In this document: positions 36,721 through 50,482 of the stretch, in pieces
Numbering within the stretch: the stretch's first letter is position 1
Layout of the letters: every line of letters starts with the position of its first letter
Origin: Octopus sinensis
Lineage: Eukaryota
Assembly: GCF_006345805.1 (NCBI RefSeq)
Contig: NC_042997.1
Location: 204,042,001-204,106,000, forward strand
DNA: 64,000 nt
Direction: 5' to 3'
Notes under the pieces: generated by a model
Told to the model about the DNA's origin: nothing
Seen by the model: the letters and a program-made list of their open reading frames with translations, nothing else
Database searches by the model: none
Program-made: the position numbers and the translations under genes

Positions 36721-39700
36721 CCACTTGACCGTTTAAAAAAAAATAATGACAGTAGTAATAATAATAATAATGATGATGATGATGATGATGTCCATTCATT
36801 GTTAACTCACTGATATTCCAGTCTTTTGTATTTTTAAGGTTTCTTTTAGCCATACAATTCAAACCTTAGAAGATAAAAATAATTTCCGGATTCCATCTTG
36901 GTGTATGGCACTTTGGGCAAGTGTCTTCTACTGTAGCCTTGGGTCAACCACGACCACCACCACCACCATCATCTAACTTCCATTTCTCCATGCTTGTCTA
37001 GGTCAGAAGAAATCTGTCAAGGCAGATTTTCTGTGGCTGGATGCCTTCCCTTTTGCCAGTTCTCACCCCCCAATTCCAGTCAAAGTAATATTTTCCCATG
37101 CCACAACATGGTTTTCTCAGAAGACCAGTAAAGAACAGCATGGCTTTCTTACCATCCTGTGATGTCATGGCAAAGGAACATATATGCATTTGCATCCATT
37201 ACACTCTTGGAATGGTTGGCGTTAGGAAGGGCATCCAGCTGTAGAAAACAATGCCAAATCAGACCGGAGTCTGGTGCAGCCTTCCAGCTTGCCAGCCCTG
37301 CTCAGACTGTCCAACCCACACTAGCATGGACAATGGACGTTAAATGATAATAATGATGATGATGATACAATGGGCTTCTCTTAGTTTCTGTCCATCAAAT
37401 CTACTCTTGGCCTAAGGGTGTAGTAGAAGACACTTGCTCAAGACGAGACTGAACCGGAGACCACATGGTTGGGAAGCAGACTTCTTGACCACACTGCCAC
37501 ATCTGTGCCTTGGGAGTAGATTTGGTAAGAGGAAAACTGAAAGAAGCCTGTTGTATGTGTGAGTGAGTGAGTGTCCTTGTCTTGACATTGTATAACAGTT
37601 GTAAATGAGCATCACTGTTATAAGCAGTGTCATTCATTTCCAGTTCTTTTCAGGAATATGTCTAAGGAGGACATGTCATCTTGCTTGGAAACAAGGTGGG
37701 GTTTGGTGACAAGAAGGGCATCCTGGCCCTTGCAAATCTACCTCACTAACTCTCGTTGTCATCATCATGATCATCGTTTAACGTCCGCTTTCCATGCTAG
37801 CATGGGTTGGACGATTTGACTGAGGACTGGCGAACCAGATGGCTGCACCAGGCTCAATCTGATCTGGCAGAGTTTCTACAGCTGGGTGCCCTTCCTAATG
37901 CCAACCACTTCGAGAGTGTAGTGGGTGCTTTTACGTGCCACTGGCACGAGGTCCAGTCTGGCGGTACTGGCAACGGCCACACTCAAATGGTGTTTTTTTA
38001 CATTCCACCTGCACAGGAGCTAGTTTAATGGCACTGGCAACGACCTCGCTTGAATGGTGCCTTTTACGCACCACTGGCACAAGTACCAGTAAGGCGACAT
38101 TGGTAACGATCACACTCAAATGGTGCTTTTTATGTGCCACCAGCACGGATGCCAGTTAGCTGCTCTGGCAATGATCACACTCGAATGGTGGTCTTAGCGC
38201 TCCACTAACACGGATGCCAGTCATCGAATTTGATTTCGATTTCTGTCTCACCCATATCAGTATGAAAATGTGGACAATAAAATGATGATGAAGATGATGA
38301 TAGGTATGTGTGTACTGTGCTATTTCATTCATGGTAATGTGTCTGAGTCAGCCTTTTATAATTCCAACATAGAATAATTGCAACACAAATTTAGAAAATA
38401 TTTCTTTTTTTTTTGTATGTGGATCATTTATGAATTTATTTCAAGGCCTTTTTTTTTGTTAATAGACAAAATGTCGTTGAATTCCAGTTGACTTCCACAG
38501 ACATGAAAATGCTTGAAATATTTCTTTCATTGGTGAAAACGTGTGAATCTGTGTGAAAGACCCCCCCCCACTGCTCTGCCACCAACTCAAATCCTTCAGT
38601 TTTTTGTTCTTAGAATGGTACAGTACTAAGATCTCAGTATAAAAGGAAGCATTGATTTTGCAGTTGCATGTAATTGTGGTTTAACTCCAGTTCAGCTATG
38701 ATCACTGACACTCCAGCTATGACCACCACTGTGTCTTTTTCCCAAGACCATATTCATCGTCATTATCATCATCATCATCATTTATCGTCTATTTTCCATG
38801 CTGGCATGGGTTGGGCAGTTTGACAGGAGCCAGCAGGCTGGAGGGCTGCATTGGGCTCCAATTGTTTGTTTTGTTAAGGTTTCTACAGCTGGATACCCTT
38901 CCTAATGCCAACCACTTACAGGGTGTCCTGGGCACTTTTTACATGGCACCAGCACAGGTGCTTTTTTTTATGTGACTCCAGCATGGGTGATTTTTATGTA
39001 GCTCCAGCACAGGTGTTCTTCACATGGCCCCAACACGGTTGCTTGATACATGACACCAGCACTAGTGCTTCATACATAGTACCAGCATGAATGCTTTATA
39101 TGTGGCACCAACACGGGTGCTTCATGTGTGGAACCAGTACAGGTGCTGTTTACATCAGTGTTATATCTTTTTTTTCTAAAAACTAACCTGATTTGAGGGA
39201 GGCTTTCCTGTTATTTCTAGCAGTCAGTGTTACCAGTCAGAGGTTCCTTCTACAGATGTAGAAAGAGGAAGAAGACTTGGAGTGAGTTATAACCTAAAAA
39301 CTATTATTTAGGTGATTATCTGATAAATACATTTAATTAATTAGAGTGATTAATGAAACGATTCCCGTAGCTGTTCTTTTGTTCTTTTAGTTATCGATCT
39401 GAAATTTATTTCTTATATTTCCTGATTTACTCCTCTGGCCTCCATTCAATATACTGCTTGTTGTCAGACATCATTGGATGGCATCAAATCTAGACTTTCT
39501 CAAAATGATTTACTAATTAACCAAGTTTCTAATTAATTGCACTTTTATTTTAGAAACGGTCAACTTTTTTTTTTGTTACCTCTTATCTTGTTCTCATTTC
39601 AGGCTTAGGCTGCGGCCATGCTGGGGCACTGCTTTAAATTTTTTATTCAAATGAATTGACTCCAGCACTTATTTCTTTCTTTTTTAAGCCTGCTAATTAT

Positions 39701-41293
39701 TCTATCAGTCTCTTTTGCCAAAACTGCTAAGTTATGGGGATGTAAACACACTAACACTGGTTGTCAAGCAGTGTAGTTGGGGACAGACACACACACACAC
39801 ACATGATGGGTTTCTTTCAGTTTCATCTACTAAATCCACAAACAAGGCTTTCGTTGGCCCAAGGCTATAGTAAAAGACACTTGCCTAAGGCATCACACAG
39901 TGGGACTGAACCCGGAACTATGTGGTTGGGAAGCAAGTTTCTTACCACACAGCCATGCCTATATATCCTTTATTTGGAAGATGAATGGTGACTTCCTTGA
40001 CCTTGGTCATTGCAGACTGATGGAACTCTGTGGATTGGATTCTCTATGGATTCATTATGGATCTCTGTCTGTTGGTGTCTGCAGGGAAAGCACGGACAGG
40101 GTGAGAACTTGCCCTTCCTATTGCCCATCACTTCACAATGCATTTGGAGCATTTTATTGTGGCATTGAAGTTGCTAATCATAATCACTCTTATACAAGAA
40201 GTATTTATCCCTCTTGACAATCTGACTCAGTTAGTGGGGGTGGTCTTTTTCTTTGTCTTGTGAATTACTTGGTGATCTCACTAATACCAGTATCATCATC
40301 ATCATCATCATCATCGTTTAACGTCCATTTTCCATGCTGGCATGGGTTGGAAGGTTTGGTTGAGGTCTAGAGAGCTGGTGGCTGCACCAGGCTCCAATCC
40401 GATCTGGCAAGGTTTCTGCAGCCAGATACCCTTCCTAATGCCAACCACTCCAAGAGTGTAGCGGGTGCTTTTTACATGCCACCGGCACAGTAGCCAGTTA
40501 GACGGGCCTGGCACCAATCACGTTCGAATAGTACTTTTTACGTTCCACTGGCACAGGGGCCAGTCCAGGGGCACTGGCATTGGCTACGTTAGGTCGGTGC
40601 TTTTTACGTGCCACTGGTACAGAACCTGTCAGGAGGTGAAAAAAAAAAAAAAAAGCAGCCAGTAGATTCTGAAAAGGTTGTTGGTGTTAGAAAGGTCATC
40701 CAGCTGTAGAAACTATGCCAGAAGCGACAAGTGGAGCTTGAAGCAGTCCTCCAGCTCATTAGACCCTGTCCAACCATCCAATCCATACCAACATATATAA
40801 TGGTCATGATGATGATCATCATTGTTAAGTGTCTGTTCTACATACTGTCATGGGTTCGGTGAGAGGTGGTAAGGCCAGGGGCTGCATTAAGCTTCATTGT
40901 CTGTTTTCGCAAGGCTTCTACAGCTGGATCCCCTTCCTAATGCCAACCACTTTACAGAGTGTACTGGGTGCTTTTTTTATGTGGCATCAGCATGATGCCA
41001 CGCATGAAAAGAACTGGGTGTGTATGCAGTAGAAAGGCTTACATAGAAATTACTTTAAAACTAAGATAAACTGCTAATTTTTTCTCTTCCTCTCTATTTT
41101 ATTGTAATGTAGTTCTGTGTGTGTGTGTGTGGTGGTGTTTTGCTGTAGCTTGGTGATATGATGTGCTCTGTGTGTGGTGATAGTGATATAGCAACGCCTG
41201 TGCCTGGTGCAGCTACTGATAACAACAAAAAAAAAAAGCTGTGATGAATCATTGTATTTATTGCACGCATGCACACACACACACACACACACA

Positions 41294-41324
<31 letters not shown>

Positions 41325-42154
41325 CACTCTCTATGTTAAATTGCCTCAAACATGTTTCTGTTATTTTTTAAAATTAAACACACACACACATGTACACGCA
41401 CTTTATTCTTTATATTTTGAAAATAAGAAAATGGGAACAAGATATTCCCCTCTAACTTTTTCGGTCTTTCTCTTCACTATTACCGAATATATTATTAATT
41501 GTTTGTGTTATTTATATTTCTGTTTCTCCTCTTTGATTCCAAATATTCTATGTCAAAAAACCATTCCCCGGAATTTTCATTTTCAATCGATTCTTTATTG
41601 TAATTCGGTTTCCTAGGAGACCCGCTGGAGATAATTTCAGTTATTCTTCAGAGAAAAGAAGGCATAAATGAAATTTGTGAATATTTATTCAAAACAGCTG
41701 TCTTCCACCAAAAACAGAATCTGTTCGTGTATTTCAAGTATTGGCATCAAGTGGACAGATGGAACTTAAATAATCCATGCCTTTGTCTTTGTTCACTTAA
41801 TTCAGTATGTTCTCATTGGAATGACTAGCAGCAGCAGCAGAGCTGTAGTTCTTCATGTATAATACAACTCGGCTCCTCTTTACCACTTAATGCCAACATC
41901 AGAACAATATGTTGGTGATTCATATCAGGTTCAGGGAGATCACAGAGCGGCATCTATTACACGTTGGGTATTACTAAAAATAAGATGTTCTCTGAAAGAC
42001 GATTCCTTTGATAGCTGATGTTTCTATATATACTTTCTTATGAGCTAGTCAGGGAGCTTCTGTATTGTTGCTTGGCTTATTAAAAACGGTAGCGAAGCCT
42101 ACCTCAAATCACACTCTGATACCGTAAATTTGGACTACATCAGACAAGGTATTA

Positions 42155-43330
42155 TTAACCGTTTAGCATTCAGGTTACTCTCTCAAGTGTAATGTATATT
42201 CTTTGACATTCTTTTGAATTAATCATGTGTTATCATGTAGCTTCAAGATTTCAATGATGTGATTGTTTATTTTTAGAATGACATTGTAGGGTTGATGTGA
42301 GAGACTGGATCCAATCAGTTTGAATCTTCAACAAATACAATATTAGGCCATTTATGACTGGCTTAACCCATTAGTACCCATGATCCTTTTCTAAGGACCA
42401 GAAAGATAACCTATCATATTTCTGCAACACCTGTATTTTTCTGAGGTATCTTTACTTAGTCATCAAGACTGGAGTGTCTTTCAAATATTTCCCCTACTGT
42501 CTGATGTCATCATCATCATCGTTTAACATCCACTTTCCATGCTGGCATGAGTTGGATGGTTTGACTGAGGAGCCAGGAGGCTGCACCAGGCTCCAATCTG
42601 ATTGGGCAAAGTTTCTACAGCTGGATGCCCTTCCTAACGCCAACCACTCCATGAGTGTAGTGGGTGCTTTTATGTGCCACTGGCACGAGGGCCAGTCAGG
42701 CGGTACTGGCATCGACCATGCTCCAAAGATGTTTTTTATGTGCCACCTGCATGAGAGCCAATCTGGCAGCACTTGCAATGACCACGCTTGAATGTTGCTT
42801 TTTACATGCCACCGGCACATGTGCCAGTAAGGTAGCACTGGTAACGATCATGCTCGAATGGTGCTTTTTTACGTGCCAATCAGGTGGTACTGTTATCGGC
42901 CACGTCAGCGATTCTGATTTCACTTGCCTCAACAGGTCTTTGCAAGCAAAGTTTATTGTCCAATGGATGAAGGGTATTCATAATTGGGCTGGTTATACAC
43001 CACTGGCATAGGCCCCGGGTTATGGTTTCACTTGGCTTGCTGGGTCTTGCAATACTGATGTCTCAGTTTTCAGTACAGTGTGAAGATCTTGAGGGAAACG
43101 ATACACTCAGTTTCATCTCTTATTCAATCAAAAATCTTTTGGCAAGTAGTACTTATAGCCAACCCATATTTGTATATAGTATAAATAATTGTTCGAACTG
43201 TCCTATAAAGTCAAGAAAATCTTTTCAAGTAATTTTGGTATCAGATAAAGTTGTATAAAAAAAATGATTATTGGTAATAAATTAAAGAAAAAAAATTTGG
43301 GCACTAATGGGTTAAATGCAAAAGGGTTAA
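42155..43330. mobile_element. piggyBac-type MITE carrying a second TTAA element (42363-43315), which carries an RTE tail (~42507-43050)
   Basis: Outer element TTAA CCGTTTAGCAT...ATGCAAAAGGG TTAA, homologous to 50255-50482. Inner element TTAA CCCATTAGTACCCA...TGGGCACTAATGGG TTAA (13/14 TIR match). Confidence 0.8.
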
Positions 43331-44570
43331 CTATACTAAAAGACTGGACAGTCATGGTTGGAACGATCATGTCTGCTCAAGGATTAAAACACCAACAACA
43401 ACAACAACATAGACTGTCTTATGTGTTAAGAAGATGTCTTCATCAGTTGATGTCATTTTGACTTGCAGCGAAGGATTTCAACAAAAATACTTCAAATGCT
43501 TTTTGCAACAGTTTTGTACGGGTAACATATTTTCGAGTAACAGATATTTTTATCTTCTTTAGCTGATGGTGAAATATAACTTTTCTCATTATCCATGGAT
43601 ATTTTTAGATGAAATAAACCTCATCTTCTCTAACTTGTCTAGTGTAACTGGGTGTTGAGTGTCTATATTGTAGACAATTCCAGCTGCTAAACTCATGGTA
43701 CTTTTCAAGATTGGTCATGAAACCAATTTGCTGTATTGTTTTGTATATTATAGATAAATTCAGCTGCTGAGTTTGTGTACTCTTGGGTCTTGGTTATGAA
43801 AATGATCTGCTTCCCGAAACCAAACTGCCAGGCTGGGAAATAAGCTTTTTAATCAGAGCCATGCTTGTGCCTAGAATATATAGGTTACATATATCTTACC
43901 TTGATACTGTGTGGACTGAGATCCCTGTTGACAGGCCCCTGATATTTAAAAATAGTGTTAGTACTTATGATATGCAAATTAGCAACTCTAGTTTCCTGTA
44001 GCTACTGTAATTGTTGAGTATACAAACAGATTGGCTGCTTGTGTCTCTGATGAGAATCCATTAAGAATTGAAAATTAATCAAGGTTGTACATCATTTTTC
44101 TCAATCTATGGAGAAACAGCTAAATTAACCCATACCTCATCATCATTTCATCATCATCATTTAACATCTGTTGTCTGTGCTGGCAAGGGTTGGACTGCTT
44201 GACTGGGCTGGCATGCTGCACCTGACTCTAGTCTGATTTGGTTTGGTTTCCTACGGCTGGATGCCCTTCCTAATGCTAACAACTCTGAGAGTGTAACGGG
44301 TGCTTTTATGTGCCGTGTGACTCTGGTATCTGCCACAACTGCGATTTTGCTCAGCTTGATGAATCTTCTTCGCAAGCATGACATAATGCCAAAGGCCTTG
44401 GTCACTGCTTCCGTGAGGCCCAACACTTGAAAGGAACTTGAACACTTTGCCTCCGTGAGGCCTAACGCATATATATCATCATCATCATCATCATCATTTA
44501 ACGTCCATGTTCCATGCTAGCATGAGTGGGACGGTGCCACAAGAGTCAGTCAGGCCAAAGCCTGCACCAT

Positions 44571-45380
44571 ATATAGAGTTCAAATTTAAAAAAAACAAAA
44601 GATGAAGATGTGTGTAGGAACACCAAGTAGGTGTAATAATGTAATGCTTGGGAAAAATGGAAAAGTCTTTTACGTTTTGAGCCTATGCTTTTTGACATAC
44701 CCACACTCAATAGTAGTGTCACCACACATACCACTAAATGAGCAGTCACACAGTTGAACTCAGTACACACACCACACCCCCTCTTGCACACTTCCACACC
44801 CACGCAAGCACATAATACCTGAACACAGACAATATATACACACATGTGCAACATGCATAAATGCACGCAACACACAGACAAAGGTAACTTTCATCCACAA
44901 ACATACACTATACACATGCATACTGTTTGGTCACACACACATACACATGTGCACACACCACTTGAAAAAGCACACATCAGCTGCTCTACACAACACACAC
45001 ACAAATGTCAGACACACTTGCCACCATTCACACACACCATTCTCACATACATGCACATGCTTGCACACTTTAGTTCGTTGGGATCACCATTATTATCTCC
45101 CTTTCATTCAATCTCTTTTTTAACTATTATCTCCCTTTTATTCAACCTCTTTTCTAGTCGTCTCGCCATATTGGACTGCTGAATTCTACACAATTTTTCC
45201 CTCTTCATTTTTTTTGTTCTCTCTCCATTTTTACCTCTTATTCCTTTCTGTCGAAGAGCATAGGCTCAAAACATAATGACTTTTCCATTTTTCCCGAGCA
45301 TTAAACTAATACACCTGCTTGTTGTTCCTACACCTGTCTTTGTCTTTAGTTTTTTTTTTTTTGTAAATTTGAACTATATA
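44571..45380. mobile_element. element bounded by ~130-bp inverted repeats, each with a decayed hammerhead-like motif (PLE inverted pseudo-LTR-like)
   Basis: 44571-44697 is the reverse complement of ~45248-45380. The motif is CTGTCGAA-GAGC atag GCTC-AAAA-CA/CG-TA. Confidence 0.6.
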
Positions 45381-45584
45381 TTATACGCTCATGTGAGTTA
45401 TCCCAGTTTGATCCTGCTTGAATGAACTTCCTACCCTCTTGAACTTACATCTTAACTACTTCCTGAACTTTTGGTACCTCTCCTCATTCACATACCAGCA
45501 CTCCACCTGGATTACCACTGGATCTTTGTACCTTTTTGGACTCTATCTTCACGGATCTCACTGACTGTTTTCATTGGTATAATC

Positions 45585-45970
45585 TTTTACTTGTTTCAGT
45601 CATTTGACTGTGGCCATGCTGGAACACTGCCTTTAGTCAAGTAAATCGACCCCAGGGCTTATTCTTTGTAAGCCTAGTACTTATTCTGTTGGTCTCTTTT
45701 GCTGAACTGCTAAGTTACGGGAATGTAAACACACCAGCATCTGTTGTCAAGTGATGTTCGGGGGACAAGCACAGACACACGGACATATACACACACATAC
45801 ATATATACAATGAGCTTCTTTCAGTTTCCACCTACCAAATCCACTAACAAGGCTTTGGTCGGCCTGAGGCTATAGTAGAAAACACTTGCCCAAGGTGCCA
45901 CGCAGTGGGCCTGAACCTGAAACCATGTGGTTGGTAAGCAAGCTACTTACCATACAGCCGCTCCTATGCC
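45585..45970 (-). mobile_element. SINE family B (full length)
   Basis: Reverse complement of family B. Confidence 0.85.
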
Positions 45971-46030
45971 TATATATATATATATATATATATATCAAAT
46001 ATAAATTAAAAACAGAACACAAAGGATATC

Positions 46031-46121
46031 GCGGTACACGTGTTTCAAGCTTTATAAACAATCCGTTATTACATCAGTGTATTTTTGATATAAAAGATGG
46101 TTTAAAGCTCTCTTCAGCCGC
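46031..46121 (-). ncRNA. minimal type-I hammerhead ribozyme (PLE-type), best preserved copy
   Basis: Minus strand: GCGG-CTGAAGA-GAGCTTTA...TAAAGCTT-GAAA-CACGTG-TA^-CCGC, with all core nucleotides, the palindrome ACACGTGT and a GUA triplet. The cassette 45996-46284 lies between two (TA)n tracts. Confidence 0.85.
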
Positions 46122-46283
46122 AAACATTGTTGGTCCAAAGATTACATCACAATATAAAAAATATAAATAGTACATGTAGTATTACCCATTATAGGTTTAT
46201 CAGCAATCAGCATAGAGTGAATGTTAAATAGATTGGGCATATACAGGTGCTTATACTTATCAAGTATTCACTCTAGATTTACA

Positions 46284-46329
<46 letters not shown>

Positions 46330-49081
46330 CAAAAGTGATACCTGTGATTTGTTTTCTGTTTTAAGGAAATCAAGATGTAAGGCATGCAGCAGTAATTGAC
46401 CGGAAGAGAATAAACAGTAAAAGTTGATTGGCAGTTAAAAGCCATAAAGTATTAACTTGATATAGATGAAAATAAGACATAAAACTAATTGATGACCTTG
46501 TTGAAGTAGAAACCAGGATTGACTAGAAGTATCTGGAGTTTATTTTCCTGAAGCTAATAGCATGGTTAATTGCATTTAAACATGGCTGAGGCTTTTTGAC
46601 TTGGTAGAATTACCTATTTTTGTGGTTTAATGGCAGACTGGCCAGCATAGTGTCATTGTATTAGATTAGGTGTGAGGAATTAACTAGCATGCTCTTAGAC
46701 TATTTAATATACAGTTGCCAGAGATAATGCTCTTATTTGTTCTTTTCGATTAAAAATTGGAGAAGAAATTATACAGACCAAACAGATGTTTCTTTGGCTC
46801 AAACGTTAAAATAAATGACACACACACCTGCTGGATTGTGCTTGTGTTAACAAATAAAATATCCGACTGAGACTTCTTCACAAGTAAACTAATGTATTGA
46901 TCTAATACCGAGGCCAAATATATTCCATTCATTGATCATGAAAAATAAATGATGTGAGGGCATTTATTATGTGTGCTGTGAGGATTATATGAAGCTGTAT
47001 ATGTAACACAATTGTGTGCTATTTCCTGTGAATGGAGAACCTGTTGTCGCTATTATTAGATTAATGCCAGTTTTCCATACTAGATACATGAAATTTTTTT
47101 TCCTTCCAACTGTTATGGGCTTGGTTGCTGGCTTGGCTGTGTGGTCAAGAAGTTTGCTTTCTTACTATGCAGTTTTGGGTTCAGTCTCATTGCATGATAC
47201 CTTGGGTAAGCATTTTCTACTACATCCCTGATCCAGCCAAAGGTTTGTGAGTGCATTTGGTTGAGGGAAACTAAAAAAAAAAAGCCCGTCATATATATAT
47301 ATATATATATATATAATTTCAATATGGAACAATACAGGTTGGAGCTTTCCATCATTGTAACACATGCAGAGGAAGGTGAGGCTATTTTGCCAGCACAGAA
47401 ACCGGTCTGCATGAGTCCAATTACTTGAATGTATGTTAGAAAATTGTCTTAGCCTGTTTGCCCTTGGCTGGTTGATTTCTGTAGTTATTATCTGTGTATT
47501 TTGGCGTTTTAAAGAAGAGTTTTGTTGTTATTTCCAGCAAGTAGACATATTTACTATGTCCCTTGATTAATTATATATATATAAATTTTTCCCCCAAATA
47601 TTTAGCCTATAGGATTTTAATGTAGTCACCCTTCATGTGTTTGGATTCATCTTAAAATACAATTATGTATAGCGTCATAATTTATCTTAACATGTAACTT
47701 TAATTCTAATTATATCATCCGCATGAACAGTATGGTCTGACACAGCATTCGTTTTTTTAAAAATTCTCAAATCTTTAATTTCAACAACCCTTTAACTCTT
47801 TTAGAAGTATAGATGATTGCTATAGTTGGAGTAAACTCGCCCATACCAACCTATATTTTCCCAAAACAGCTGTCAGGATTCCTCTCAAAATCATTTCATA
47901 TTAACTTTTTCATCTACCCTCCTCATTGATTCTAATACAGTCATTCAACCTCGCAAGTACATTTTTGTATTTATATATTTATATATTAGTAATTTTTTTT
48001 TATATATTTATGAATTTTTATATATATTTATATATTTACAAATTCTTATGAATTTTTACCATATCTTGTGTATATGAATGCACCTATATATATATATTGA
48101 GGAGAATTCCGACAATTTGAACTGGATTGAATGAATATGAACACTGACCTTTGAAATTTGCTCTCTCTTAATTTTATAATCCTGCTAGAGTGCTAATTAG
48201 TTGTGGTGTGTAAAGTGGATAATTATACCATTTACTGCTTCACTTTATATATATATATAGATATATATAATCATCATTTAATGTCCACTTTTCCATGCTT
48301 GCATGGGTTGAATGGAATTTATTGAGACAAATTTTTATGGCTGGATGCCCTTCCATTGCCAACCCTCACTTGTTTCCAAGTTGGTTAGTATTTCCTTGTG
48401 GCCAGACATGTTTTCAATGGAAGACTGAAAATGAACAAGATCGACCACAGGAGAGTGATGATGTTCATTAACAACCCTCTCATGATGCCGAGACAAGAAT
48501 ACTTACACGCTCATACACACATGATGGGCTCCTTTCAGTTTCTATCTATGAAATCCTTTTACAAGGCTTTAGTAGAAGATGCTTATCGATGGTGCCATGC
48601 AGTGGGATTGAACTCAAGACCTCACCATGCAGTCAGGTTTGCACTTATACGTGTGTGTATTGTGTGGGTTCGTATCTCTTTGTCTTAACATGACGTGATA
48701 GTTGTCAGCAAATGCCACTGTCTTACTTCAGTGTCATTTGTTTGCAATCTTCTACAAAAACATGGCAAGCCATTGTGTTGCTTGTGTTTGAAGGATTGGA
48801 GGGGTAGAATATTCTTTTTTATTCAAGGCACAAGGCCCGGAATTTTTTGGGGAAGGAGCCAATCGATTAGTATGCAACTGGTACTTAATTTATCGACCCT
48901 GAAATGATGAAAGGCGACCTTGGTGGAATTTGAACTCAGAACATAAAGACAGATGAAATACCACTAAGCGTTTCGTCCGGCATGCTAATGTTTCTGCCAG
49001 TTCGCAACCTTATTGGAGGAATATATTTACTTGCTTTGGAACAGATGAGGGTTGGTGACAAGAAGGAATTCTGCCTCAACG

Positions 49082-49480
49082 TGTAGGAGTGGCTGTGTGG
49101 TAAGTAGCTTGCTTACCAACCACATGGTTCCAGGTTCAGTTCCACTGTGTGCCACCTTGGGCAAGTGTCTTCTACTATAGCTTCGGGCCGACCAAAGCCT
49201 TGAGTGGATTTGGTATATGGAAACTAAAAGAAGCCTGTTGTATATATGTATATATATATGTATGTGTGTGTATATGTTTGTCTGTCTGTGTTTGTCCCCT
49301 CAACATTGCTTGACAACCAATGCTGGTGTGTTTACGTCCCCGTAACTTAGCGGTTTGGCAAAAGAGACCTATAAAATAAGTACTAGGCTTACAAAGAATA
49401 AGTCCTGGGGTCGATTTGCTCGACTAAAGGCAGTGCTCCAGCATGGCCACAGTCAAATGACTGAAACAAGTAAAAGAGTA
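49082..49480 (+). mobile_element. SINE family B (full length)
   Basis: Colinear with 4782-5177. Confidence 0.85.
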
Positions 49481-50254
49481 AAAAAAAAAAAAGTGTAAAA
49501 TGCAAGCATGGGAAAGTTGAAGTTAAAGTGATGATGCAGTGTGATGTACTAAAAATGAGATCAGCATTTTGAGACTTAAGAGGGTTTCTTTTTTTTGTTA
49601 AAGTTTGCTGTGTTTTGGTGTAGTATTTGAAGACCTACTTTTCTAGAGATGGTACTTTCCTTACAGTTTGACGAGTCATGAAAAGCACCAATTAAATTTA
49701 GTGACCAAGGGTGACAGACACTTGACAATATTAAAGAATGTGTTTTACAAGTTTTAACATTCCACTTCCATTGAATTCACTTTGAAGTATTAAAGCTATG
49801 GTGTTTGCTATGGCTTCATCATCATCATCACCTGTTTTTCAGGCTGGCTTGGGTTGGACATAATGACAGGAGCTGGCAAGCCAGAGTGTTGCACCAGTCT
49901 CCAGTCATCTGTTTTAGCTTGATTTACATAGCTGGATGCCCTTTCTAATGCCAACCACTTTACAGTGTGTAGTGGCTGTTTTTTATGTGACACTATGAAA
50001 TTAATTCTGTTTCAATTTGTCCTGAGTCTGAGTTTATTTCTCTCTTTAATATTTTTAATATTAACCTACATGAGAGCAAAAGGGTGTTGGGCTCACAATC
50101 AAAAGGCTGTGGTTTCAGTTCCTGAACCATGCAGCATGTTACATTCTTGAGCAAGGCATCTATTTCATCTCCCCACTTGAAAATGTGTAGCAACCCAGTA
50201 CTGGTGCAACTCTGCCTCTCATCAGCTGTCACATCCTTGATGTTCTGATGGTTT

Positions 50255-50482
50255 TTAACCTTTTAGCATTTAGATTACTCTGTCAAACGTTATGCTTATT
50301 CATTCATATTGTTTTCAATTAATTATGTATTATCTTGTACCTTTAAGATTTTGATGATGTGATTGTATATTTTTAGGACAACATTGTAGGGTAGATGGGA
50401 AAGGTTGGATCTGGCTGGCTTGAACATAGAACAGGTAGAATATTTGGGCCAGATATGGGAGGTTTAAATGCTAAAAGGTTAA
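50255..50482. mobile_element. piggyBac-type MITE (~220 bp)
   Basis: TTAA plus perfect 14-bp TIRs CCTTTTAGCATTTA / TAAATGCTAAAAGG plus TTAA. Confidence 0.85.

Noticed and set aside
44047-44084. Hammerhead CTGATGA...GAAA ATTAATC as a stand-alone feature
   Set aside because: Stems I and II pair poorly. It is kept only as a possible decayed member in the collective finding.
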